The position numbers were made by a program, and so were the translations under genes. Shown here one piece after another: positions 27,639 through 37,200 of a DNA stretch of 64,000 nt (positions within the stretch are counted from its first letter, which is position 1; each line of letters begins with the position of its first letter). Below the pieces are notes generated by a model. The model did no database searches. It saw only the letters and a list, made by a program, of their open reading frames with translations, and was not told the DNA's origin. The DNA is from an uncultured virus (IMG/VR IMGVR_UViG_3300013132_000043) (taxonomy: Duplodnaviria; Heunggongvirae; Uroviricota; Caudoviricetes), in the IMG/VR virus record IMGVR_UViG_3300013132_000043. One strand, given 5' to 3'.

Positions 27639-30485
27639 ATGGCAAATTCAAATAGAGTATTTGTATCTCCGGGTGTATACACATCAGAAAAAGATTTAAC
27701 ATTCGTAGCACAGAGTGTTGGTGTTACAACCCTTGGTTTAGTTGGTGAGACCCTTAAAGGTCCCGCTTTTGAACCAATCCTTGTAACAGATTATGATGAG
27801 TTTAAACTTTACTTCGGAGGTTCTACACCAGTAAAAGATGGTAATGGTAACCCAAAATTCGAGTTACCTTACGTAGCAAAATCTTACCTTGAGGAATCAA
27901 ATCAACTTTTCGTAACAAGAATTCTTGGTCTTACAGGTTATAAACCTGTTAAGACTTACGCAATTAAAACCCTCGGTGGTTTAACCTTGGGTTCTTTGAG
28001 TGGTTCAACCACAGGTACATGTGACCCATCTACTTTCAATCAAATAACAGGTAGTACATTCTTTGAAAATATTTCAGGAGTTACTTCATATGATGGTCAA
28101 ACTATGGCTAATTATCTATTGTCCTCATTTAGTGGTAACACAAACGCTGACCACGGACAATGGTTCGTTATTGGTGAAGTACCATCATCATCTACATCAG
28201 GTTTAACGGCAAGTTTAGAAGAAATTTCACCTTTAACAGGTTTAAACAATGCTGACAACCAAAATGGTAAAGAATGGTATAATATAGTATGTAATTCAAG
28301 TGGTACTGAGGTTTACGCCTACCTATTTGAATACACATCAGGTGGTACAGGAACTTTCAACGTTACTCAATTTGTTTATAACTCAACAGTTAAAAGTGAA
28401 CACAACAATAAAGTTGTAGCCGCTTTCAGACCAAGAGGTTCATACTCAGGTCAAACTTTGGGTCTTGAATTGACAGGTAACACAAGTTTCAATGTTGTAG
28501 GTAGTTCACTTGGGGTGAACCCATTCTCTGAATTTACAATTCAGGTTACGGGTACAACAAGTAGCGGTAAGACATTTACATGTTCTATGGACACAACATC
28601 ATCTAAGTACATAACTAAAGTTTTAGGTACTGATGTGTTTGATAAACCAAGAAATGAAGTACCTATCTATGTTTACGAAGCATATCCTGCATACTTAAAA
28701 GCCGCGTTCCAACAAGGTAATGTAAGGGGTTTAAGTTTAAATGAAGTGTTTGTTTCAGAAGGTTCAAACTTCGCGGGACAATGGGATACCCCAATGTCAC
28801 CAATGGTTGTATCTGAAGTTCGTGGTGGCGAAGTATCTGATTTGTTTGAAGTGATTACCATCTCTGATGGTAACGCAGCTAACGAACAAGTAAAAATTTC
28901 AATCATTAATATTAACTTAGAAACAGGTGAATTTGATATGTTAGTTCGTGATTTCAACGATACTGACGACAATCAACTTGTTCTTGAAAAATTCACAAGA
29001 TGTTCAATGAACCCTGACCTACCAGGTTATGTGGCGAGAAAAGTTGGTACATCTGATGGTGAATATGAATTACGTTCTAAGTATATCATGTTAAACATGG
29101 CAAGTAACCATCCCGTAGATGCATTCCCTGCTGGTTTTAAAGGATTCGTGGCTAACACATCGTTCTCAGGTACAACCTTGGGTTCTGTTATGTTTAAAAC
29201 TCAATTCTTTGACGCTGGTGACGTTATGGGATACGAAGCCGATGGTACCCCTATCCTTTCAGGTGGGGACAAAATCAGAAAGATAACCTTTGGTTTATCT
29301 TCTCAGACAGGATTTGATAAGGATTTATTTAAGTATAAGGGGGCCGGAGCGGTAGGCACAACTAAAGGTTTCCACTTATCAACAAACGCATCTACAATCA
29401 CAGGTACAACATTTACAACTACATCTTACGACTTAGAGGGTCAATCAGGTGTTGATAATGTTATGACCAACATCAACTATCGTAAATTCACCTTTGCGGT
29501 GTGTGGTGGATTTGACGGATGGGACATTTACAGAGAAGTTAGAACATTCGGAGACTCTTATATCTTCGGAAAGCCAACGTATGTTAGTGGAAACACATCA
29601 AATGGTGGTGTATTCAGTACTACGGTTGGTAACTCTGACTACTATTCATACTTAAAAGGTCTTGAGACCTACGCAAACCCCGAAGCTGTGGATATCAACA
29701 TATTCGCATCTCCTGGTATCAACTTCTATGACCATAGTTCATTGACTGCACAGGCAATCGACATCATGGAAAATGATAGAGCGGATTCACTTTATATCAT
29801 AGCACCACCTAATTTCTCAACAGTTGAGGAAGTGGTAGACGCTTTGGATGGTGTTTCTCTTGACACTAACTATACAGCCACTTATTGGCCATGGATTCAA
29901 GTTAGAGACCAAGATAACGCCACCCAATTATTTGTTCCACCAACAGGTGAGGTTGTAAGAAACATAGCCCTTACGGATAATGTGTCATTCCCTTGGTTCG
30001 CAGTAGCGGGTTACTCAAGAGGATTGGTAAAAGCCATCAAAGCAACCAAGAAATTGACCTTAGACGAAAGAGACGAATTGTATAAAAACAGAATTAACCC
30101 AATCGCAACCTTCTCAGATACAGGTACAATCATATGGGGTAACAAAACCCTTCAGGTTAGAGAATCTGCGTTGGACAGAATTAACGTAAGAAGACTCTTG
30201 TTAAGAGCCAGAAAGTTAATTTCAGCGGTTGCAGTTAGATTACTATTCGAACAAAACGACGAACAAGTAAGAAACGAGTTCTTGAGATTGGTAAACCCAA
30301 TTCTTGAGTCTATAAAGAGAGAAAGAGGTTTATACGAATTCCGTGTAACCGTATCAAATGACCCTGAGGACATTGATGCAAACACTCTTAGAGGTAAGAT
30401 TTATATCAAACCAACACGTTCACTTGAATTCATCGACGTTGAGTTCATAATAACACCTACTGGAGCATCATTCGATAATATCTAA
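27639..30485 (+). CDS. Contractile tail sheath protein
   Basis: SPGVYTSEKD start, GETLKGPAFEP, YWPW, PWFAVAGYSRG, LY..RINPI, WGNKTL, RINVRRLL and IKPTRSLEFI. Confidence 0.95.
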   Translation: MANSNRVFVSPGVYTSEKDLTFVAQSVGVTTLGLVGETLKGPAFEPILVTDYDEFKLYFGGSTPVKDGNGNPKFELPYVAKSYLEESNQLFVTRILGLTGYKPVKTYAIKTLGGLTLGSLSGSTTGTCDPSTFNQITGSTFFENISGVTSYDGQTMANYLLSSFSGNTNADHGQWFVIGEVPSSSTSGLTASLEEISPLTGLNNADNQNGKEWYNIVCNSSGTEVYAYLFEYTSGGTGTFNVTQFVYNSTVKSEHNNKVVAAFRPRGSYSGQTLGLELTGNTSFNVVGSSLGVNPFSEFTIQVTGTTSSGKTFTCSMDTTSSKYITKVLGTDVFDKPRNEVPIYVYEAYPAYLKAAFQQGNVRGLSLNEVFVSEGSNFAGQWDTPMSPMVVSEVRGGEVSDLFEVITISDGNAANEQVKISIININLETGEFDMLVRDFNDTDDNQLVLEKFTRCSMNPDLPGYVARKVGTSDGEYELRSKYIMLNMASNHPVDAFPAGFKGFVANTSFSGTTLGSVMFKTQFFDAGDVMGYEADGTPILSGGDKIRKITFGLSSQTGFDKDLFKYKGAGAVGTTKGFHLSTNASTITGTTFTTTSYDLEGQSGVDNVMTNINYRKFTFAVCGGFDGWDIYREVRTFGDSYIFGKPTYVSGNTSNGGVFSTTVGNSDYYSYLKGLETYANPEAVDINIFASPGINFYDHSSLTAQAIDIMENDRADSLYIIAPPNFSTVEEVVDALDGVSLDTNYTATYWPWIQVRDQDNATQLFVPPTGEVVRNIALTDNVSFPWFAVAGYSRGLVKAIKATKKLTLDERDELYKNRINPIATFSDTGTIIWGNKTLQVRESALDRINVRRLLLRARKLISAVAVRLLFEQNDEQVRNEFLRLVNPILESIKRERGLYEFRVTVSNDPEDIDANTLRGKIYIKPTRSLEFIDVEFIITPTGASFDNI

Positions 30486-30488
30486 TGA

Positions 30489-30518
30489 AAAAGGGGAAGT
30501 TTAACCGCTTCCCCTTTT
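30489..30518 (+). terminator. Intrinsic (probably bidirectional) terminator after the sheath gene
   Basis: AAAAGGGGAAG-tttaaccg-CTTCCCCTTTT perfect stem. Confidence 0.8.
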
Positions 30519-30521
30519 AGA

Positions 30522-30537
30522 TGTTCCACATGGAACC
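30522..30537. promoter_or_regulatory. parS-like palindrome
   Basis: TGTTCCACATGGAACC matches the parS-type palindrome TGTTCCACGTGGAACA at 14/16 positions. Intergenic. Confidence 0.5.
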
Positions 30538-30590
30538 AAAATGTATAAAAGTTATATTTTAATATAAAACCAAGAATTGAGAAAAAACCC

Positions 30591-30664
30591 AGTATATACT
30601 AGAATCTAGTTTATATTTAATTAATCTAGTTTAATCTGGTTCTAGTATCAAATACTAGTATATA
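30591..30664. repeat. AT-rich CTAG repeat / inverted-repeat cluster, candidate replication origin
   Basis: Five CTAG in 60 nt, AATCTAGTTT twice plus AATCTGGTT, and a flanking inverted repeat TATATACTAG...CTAGTATATA. Confidence 0.55.
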
Positions 30665-30776
30665 AAAAATACGAAAAAAAAATTAAAGAATCAAGGGTTG
30701 AACGATAAAATATATTTTTTGACAATAACATATTTATAAGAAAGTAGATAAACAACAACTAAAAAATTAAATAGAC

Positions 30777-31265
30777 ATGGCAGATTTACTAATGAAAATG
30801 CCGGTTCCTTACGAACCGAAAAGAGTTAACCGATTCATTCTTCGTTTCCCATCAACATTGGGTATCAACGAATGGTATGTATCGTCAGCGGCTAGACCAA
30901 GTGCAAAAATCAACTCAGTTGCAATTCCTTTCATCAACACTTCAACTTACGTTGCAGGTAGATTTGAATGGAATGAAATGAGAGTAACCTTTAAGGACCC
31001 AATTGGTCCTTCAGCTTCTCAAGCATTAATGGAGTGGTTCCGTTTACACGCTGAATCAGTAACAGGTCGTATGGGATACGCTGCGGGATATAAGAAAGAT
31101 ATTGAATTGGAAATGCTAGACCCAACGGGTGTTGTGGTTGAAAAATGGATTCTTCAAGGAACATTTATCACAGACTTGAACTTCAATGAACTTGATTACT
31201 CAAGAGATGATATTGCAACTATCACATGTTCTTTAAGAATGGATAGATGTATTCAAGTATACTAA
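30777..31265 (+). CDS. Tail tube protein (T4 gp19-like)
   Basis: EPKRVNRF, YVAGRFEW, YKKDIEL.MLDPTG.VVEKW.L.G.F...LNF.ELDY. Follows the sheath gene. Confidence 0.9.
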   Translation: MADLLMKMPVPYEPKRVNRFILRFPSTLGINEWYVSSAARPSAKINSVAIPFINTSTYVAGRFEWNEMRVTFKDPIGPSASQALMEWFRLHAESVTGRMGYAAGYKKDIELEMLDPTGVVVEKWILQGTFITDLNFNELDYSRDDIATITCSLRMDRCIQVY

Positions 31266-31294
31266 TAGAAATAAACATAGAATCTGTCAATGTG

Positions 31295-31326
31295 AAGGTC
31301 TCTCAAAAGGAGACCTTTACTTTTTT
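31295..31326 (+). terminator. Intrinsic terminator after the tail tube gene
   Basis: AAGGTCTC-tcaaaag-GAGACCTT followed by a T-rich tract. Confidence 0.75.
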
Positions 31327-31369
31327 GTGGATATTTCGTAACTTAATGTAGTTATATAACAAAACATAT

Positions 31370-32119
31370 ATGGAAGAATTAAGAATTGACCCAACGATTG
31401 CATATGACGTTGTGGAATTACCTTCAAGAGGTATTCATTATCCAAGTAAAAAGAAATCTTTAAGAGTTGCTTATCTCACTGCCGCAGATGAAAATATATT
31501 ATCTGCACAGAATTTAATCGCATCAAATAATGTTGTTGAAGAATTACTTAAAAGAAAAGTATTAGATAGAGAATTTAATACCGATGATTTAGTCGATGAG
31601 GATAAACAAGCGGTTTTATTATTTTTGAGAAATACCGCATTTGGCCCCGAATATAAAGTTTTCCTTACTGACCCAAAAACAAATAATGACTTTACAGAAA
31701 TAATTGATATAAGTGAGGTTAAGTTTAAGGATTTTACTTTAGAGCCTGATTCAAATGGTGAATTTCAATATAGAATGGAAAAAAGTAATGTTGAAGTCAC
31801 ATTTAAATTCTTGAATAAAAAACAAAAAAAGGAATTAGAAGAATTAGAAAAGAGCTGGAATGGTCAAGGGGTCCCACCTGTAAAAACAAAAGAGTTGGAG
31901 ATGATGATAAAATCTGTTGCGGGCAACAGAGAAATTATGAATATCCACAACTTTATACAAAAATTACCAATAAAAGATAGTCAAGACTTTAGAAAGTTTG
32001 TCAAAGAAACTACACCAAGTTTAGACCTAACAAGAAATGTTAAATCCCCGTCAGGAGAGTCCGTACAAATTGAAATCGGGTTCGGGGTAGAGTTTTTTCG
32101 CCCTTTCTACGGATTATAA
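31370..32119 (+). CDS. Tail assembly chaperone / baseplate hub assembly protein (T4 gp26-like)
   Basis: VELPSRG..Y......LTAADENIL, D...VLLFLR..AFG and C-terminal FF.P. Lies between the tube and tape measure genes. Confidence 0.7.
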   Translation: MEELRIDPTIAYDVVELPSRGIHYPSKKKSLRVAYLTAADENILSAQNLIASNNVVEELLKRKVLDREFNTDDLVDEDKQAVLLFLRNTAFGPEYKVFLTDPKTNNDFTEIIDISEVKFKDFTLEPDSNGEFQYRMEKSNVEVTFKFLNKKQKKELEELEKSWNGQGVPPVKTKELEMMIKSVAGNREIMNIHNFIQKLPIKDSQDFRKFVKETTPSLDLTRNVKSPSGESVQIEIGFGVEFFRPFYGL

Positions 32120-32252
32120 AAAAGGTCAGCTCGACGAAATATTATATTTGGTTAAAAGAGGTTTTTCCTACGGGGATGTTCTCTCTATGCCCGTCTTCAT
32201 AAGAAGGTACTATGTTAATTATTTACTTGAATTGGAAAACGGACCAAAATAG
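32091..32252 (+). CDS. Frameshift-accessed C-terminal chaperone extension (gp51/gpT-like), +1 frame
   Basis: The +1 frame is open from 32091 to TAG 32250-52 and reads ...ALSTDYKKGQLDEILYLVKRGFSYGDVLSMPVFIRRYYVNYLLELENGPK. It has no ATG before the conserved part. Confidence 0.65.
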   Translation, partial: SFFALSTDYKKGQLDEILYLVKRGFSYGDVLSMPVFIRRYYVNYLLELENGPK

Positions 32253-32263
32253 TATTTATAGAT

Positions 32264-34174
32264 ATGCCACGTAAGTTATCAGATAGTGTTATTAGAAACC
32301 TTTTAGGTCAGAGGGGGAATGACGACCCAACTAATTTTGGAAACGCAATAAGAATGGGCGGAGGAAGTGATGATGATGTTGCTTATGGTACAACTTTATT
32401 TAATCAAAGATTTGGAAATCAAGGAGGTGGTAACACAGGAGGTGGAAGTAATAGTGGCGGAGGAAGTGGGGGAAGTGGCGGACCAAATACATTTCAAAAG
32501 GTCACTGGAAGTCTTTTAGAAGTTGGTGCAGGATTAATTTCAACACAAGAGTCAATAGGTTATATGCCTGCATTCTCAAAAGAGTATATAAAAATGTCCG
32601 ATGCAATTAAGGGCATGTTAGATAGTGGTGGAAATTTAAAAGGTATTGGAGATTTATTAAAACAAGTATTAACCACGGCTCGGGGTCAAATTGAATTATA
32701 TTATACACAACAAACCGAATTACTACACCAAGTAAATGAACAAGCGGGATTAACAGGACAATTTTCAAAAGATTTTAGAAAAGAATTAACCGAAACGAAT
32801 CCGCAATTATTAAGAATTGGAATTGGATTTGAAGAACTTGCAAATAGTGCAGTAAAAGTTGTCGAACAAAGTGGAAAATTTACTGCTTTAAGTAGGGAAA
32901 CATGGAAAGAAGCGGGATACGCAGCAAAAGCATATGTTGGACAATTAAGTGACTTAGTTCAAATGTATCCTGCATTCGAAAAAATTGGATTAGGAGCATC
33001 TGATTCAGCAAAAGAAATTACAAAGGCGGGTCAAAGGTCTATTGAGTTGGGACTACAATCACAAAAAGTAACAAAAGAACTTAGTACCAATCTTGGTAAA
33101 TTGAATGAATATGGTTTCAAAAATGGAGTACAGGGACTTTCTGAGATGGTAAGAAAATCAATAGAGTTTAGAATGAATATGGATTCAGTAACAAAAATTG
33201 CAGATAAAGTATTCAATCCAGAGGGAGCTATTGATTTGGCAGCAAATCTACAAGCAATTGGTGGTGCTATTGGTGATTTTAATGACCCATTAAAAATGAT
33301 GTACATGGCAACAAATAACGTCGAAGGTTTACAAGACGCGTTAATTGGTGCTGCGGGGGGATTGGCAACTTATAACAAAGAACAAAGTAGATTTGAAGTA
33401 ACAGGAGTCAATCTTAGAAAATCAAAGGCGATGGCGGATGAATTAGGAATGTCAATGCAAGAACTTAACAACATTGCAATTGCTGCGGCTGAAAGAAGTG
33501 CCGCATCCGCTGAGTTAATGGCTAGTGGTTTAAAGTTAGATGAAGACCAAAAAAGATTCATAACTAACATCGCCACAATGAAAGATGGTAAAATGACCAT
33601 TGCTCTTCAAAGTGATGAATTAAGACAAGCGTTTGGTGCAAGTGAAATTGCACTTGATAATTTGACAGAAGACCAAGCAAAACAATTAATGAAATACCAA
33701 GAGGAGTTTAAAAAATTAACTCCTGAAGATATTGTTAGAAAGCAAGCAACAGACATTGAAAACATTTCAAGAGACATGAATTTTGTTGCCGCATTACTGA
33801 GACAAGAGTTTGCAAAGACTGGGTCATCAATTGCGAAACAACTTGGATATGACCCCGCATCAATTGCTGAACAAACAAAAAAGTTAGCTGACGAATGGGG
33901 ACCAAATATAAAAGGTGCAGGTCAATACCTAAAAGGAAAAATCGAAGGAGATGGTGCATCTAAAAAAGTAGAGGAAGCGTTAAAGGAAAATAAAAATACA
34001 CAAGGAGGTTCACAACAAACTTCTCAAAAATCTGAGGTTAATGTTAATTTCAAAACAAACGATAGATTACAAGACGATATCTATAGGAACTTCTTTAACA
34101 ATCCAGATACAAAACAGAACATAGCCGCAGCTGCATTCCCAAGTAGGGAATATGATAGTCCTCAAATGGCTTAA
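32264..34174 (+). CDS. Tape measure protein
   Basis: Long Ala/Gly/Leu-rich helical ORF directly after the chaperone pair, with a Gly-rich N-terminal linker. Confidence 0.75.
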   Translation: MPRKLSDSVIRNLLGQRGNDDPTNFGNAIRMGGGSDDDVAYGTTLFNQRFGNQGGGNTGGGSNSGGGSGGSGGPNTFQKVTGSLLEVGAGLISTQESIGYMPAFSKEYIKMSDAIKGMLDSGGNLKGIGDLLKQVLTTARGQIELYYTQQTELLHQVNEQAGLTGQFSKDFRKELTETNPQLLRIGIGFEELANSAVKVVEQSGKFTALSRETWKEAGYAAKAYVGQLSDLVQMYPAFEKIGLGASDSAKEITKAGQRSIELGLQSQKVTKELSTNLGKLNEYGFKNGVQGLSEMVRKSIEFRMNMDSVTKIADKVFNPEGAIDLAANLQAIGGAIGDFNDPLKMMYMATNNVEGLQDALIGAAGGLATYNKEQSRFEVTGVNLRKSKAMADELGMSMQELNNIAIAAAERSAASAELMASGLKLDEDQKRFITNIATMKDGKMTIALQSDELRQAFGASEIALDNLTEDQAKQLMKYQEEFKKLTPEDIVRKQATDIENISRDMNFVAALLRQEFAKTGSSIAKQLGYDPASIAEQTKKLADEWGPNIKGAGQYLKGKIEGDGASKKVEEALKENKNTQGGSQQTSQKSEVNVNFKTNDRLQDDIYRNFFNNPDTKQNIAAAAFPSREYDSPQMA

Positions 34175-34212
34175 TAAAAATGATATAAATCTATTTATAT
34201 AGAAAATAATAA

Positions 34213-37200
34213 ATGCCGACTTATTTAGATTTTAACACAACCGCATCATTTAGAAATTTTTTGATTTCTAAAACACTTCAAAGACCGGGAGGACCTCAAA
34301 CCTTTACAAGTTCAAACTATGCGGTTCAAAATTTAAATGCTTATTCAAACGTTGACCCGGGTGACGTTAAAACAGGATGGGCGGCAGCATATGGTAATAG
34401 TTTTGGATTAAACTTATTCCAAGCAGATGTCTTTAAAGAAATAACATCCTTATCAAATCTTAATTTACAGGTCGGTAATAATGGAATTATATATTCAGGA
34501 TACATAAATTCTTTTACTCCTGTAACAAATCCAAATCTCGTCGGTATAATGACAGGTCAAAACTTTGATACCGATTCAAGATTAATGAGATTTGCAACAC
34601 AAAATATTCGAGATAATAAACAAGGACCTGTAAGAGCAAGAATTGCTCAAAATTTAGCAGCAGCAAGTTTAGGTAGAATTAGATTGTTAGACGCATTACA
34701 GGGTAATTTAGCAACTGCAATTAATTTAGTTACAGGTAGAGAACCTTTAATTGAGAAAAATTATAAGATAACTGTTGCAAAAACTTTACCTGGCAAAGCA
34801 ATAGATTTTTTACAAACAGTTGCGGGTGTTGAGTTTCCATTTAGTGAGATACCGGGAGATTATTTAACTAATCCACGCAACCCAATAGAAAATAGACCGG
34901 TACCAAGAACGGAAGGGGGTGCAATTTTACAAGATGTAACAGGTGCATTAGGTTCACTAATTGGTATTAGAAGACGACCAAAACTATCAAGAAAACCATC
35001 AGACCTTATGATTGAATATATGGGTGATGGTCAGAAACAAAAATTATACGATAACATTTCTTTTTCAAAATATGCACCGAATTATACAACATCTGCGAGG
35101 TCACAACAATCATCCAAGTTATTCAACTTTGTAAATAATGTGGCTCAAGGTGTAAAGACAGTATTAGGTGTTGAAGCACCGAGAGGTGAGGCATACATTG
35201 GTGATGATAGAAGTGAAGATGTAAAATATACAATGTCCGATTTTAACGGAAACATTGTTAAGAGTAACTATTATCTAAGTCTAATGTATGACCCTGTTGC
35301 TGCTGAGTTATTTGAAAGAAGAAAAAATATTACTGAAGGGGGTACCATAGGAGGTAAACTTACATGGATTAGTAGAAACTCAAGAAATGAATTAGGTTTA
35401 CACAATGATGAATGGGCTCAAGAAGGTACAAGTCTTAAAGACTCGTTATCAACAAAATATGGGTTTAGAGAAGATTCAATATTAGGAAAAACACAAGAGA
35501 TATTAAACTCAATGCCTAAAGATGGGTTGGTATCGAGAACACACGTTGGTAATAGTATTGACCAAACAAGTAGAATCTTTAGAGAAGGTGAGACTATGTT
35601 GTCGAGAGGTTCTGCAATTCAATACGTCGATAAATTTACAAACGAAACAACAGGGGTTGAATATTGTAGAGTATGGACTAAGGATAGGGCATATATGAAC
35701 TATTCGGACACTATGAAAAGAACAGGTAACATCCGTAAGTTCGATGATAGTGTTATGTCTACTCCTTGGAACCTCAACATTGCACCAATGTCAAATGGTG
35801 ACAGAGAATTTGAAGGTGTTTCAACAAACATTTTTAAAAAGGGTGATGGATTTTATGCTAAGAAATACATGTTCTCAATTGAGAATCTTGCATGGAAAAC
35901 ATCAAACATGCCAGGATTTACATATAACGATTTACCATATTGTGAAAGAGGTCCAAATGGGGGACGTGTAATGTGGTTCCCACCATATGATTTAAAAATT
36001 AGTGAGAACAACTCAGCTAGATGGCAAGACAATACGTTTTTAGGTAGACCCGAACCAATTTATACATACCAAGATACATCAAGAACAGGACAATTATCTT
36101 TTAAAGTTGTAGTTGACCACCCAAGTGTTTTAAACTTATTAGTTAGAGAACACTTTAGAAACATGAGTGATGAAGAAGCGGAAAACTACATTAATGCTTT
36201 TTTTGCTGGTTGTGAAGAATTAGATTTTTATTCTTTAATTAGAAGATATTCATACCTTGATGGAGATGATATTAAATTAATTAAGGCATATCTTGAAAAG
36301 GCAAAAGACCCTGAGGTAATAAAAACATTTAGTACAAATACAACACCTGTCGAGGTTACTCAACAAACAAATAACAATGAAGGTGGTGGAGGAAAACCCG
36401 AAAAACTCGGTTCATTTGATTTAAAATATGATAATGATTATCCGGGTCCAAAAACGACTCAGATAAAAGTTGACACTCCGTATAGTTCATTATTTACTAA
36501 TTTTTATAATAAAAAAACAACACACTCTAATCGTTTAGAAACTGATTTAAGAAGTTTCACGGGAATCACTCAAACAACCCAAGTAAAAAAAGAAATTGGT
36601 TATGTTTTTGGAAGCGGCGGTGCAACTATTGATAACACATCAGTTTTAGCAAAAAGGGATGAACTAATTGCTGCATTTGATAAAGCTAAGGAACAATTTG
36701 AATCATATACAGGTAAAACAGAACAATTAAAAACAAAACTAAAAGAGAGTAATAAAGTTCAAAAAATATTACTTAAAGTCGAGTCTTCATGTTCTTCAGT
36801 TGCGAGTGAATTATATAACGAAAAACTGGCATTAAGAAGAAGCTCAAGTATCATAAAAGATTTTTTTGAAAGAATCAGTAATGGTGCAAAACCAGAATTA
36901 CAATGGATTAGTGATATAAAAGAGTCACTCACAAAAGACGGAGGTGAGTTCGATAAGGTGGTTATTCAAAAAGGTCAAACAATTAAAATTGTTAAAGAAT
37001 ACAAATTAGCCGATTTTGGTTATAAAGACAACCCCGGTAAACTTGTTGTCATGAGTATAAATTGGGGTGAAAAATTCACAGGTCCAAAACCTGATGACCA
37101 ATGTAATGGAAAAGAATTTGAAACTGTTAAGGGTTTAAAAATTAATGCACCAATAGCGTTTGGTTGTAGACAATCAAGAGTGGATGTTGATTACACAGAA

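Noticed and set aside
30486..30776. tRNA or known structured RNA in the largest intergenic gap
   Set aside because: No cloverleaf, T-loop or recognisable riboswitch, and the region is too AT-rich.
32420..32485. GGN-rich tract as a G-quadruplex or regulatory repeat
   Set aside because: Explained by a Gly-rich linker in the tape measure N-terminus.
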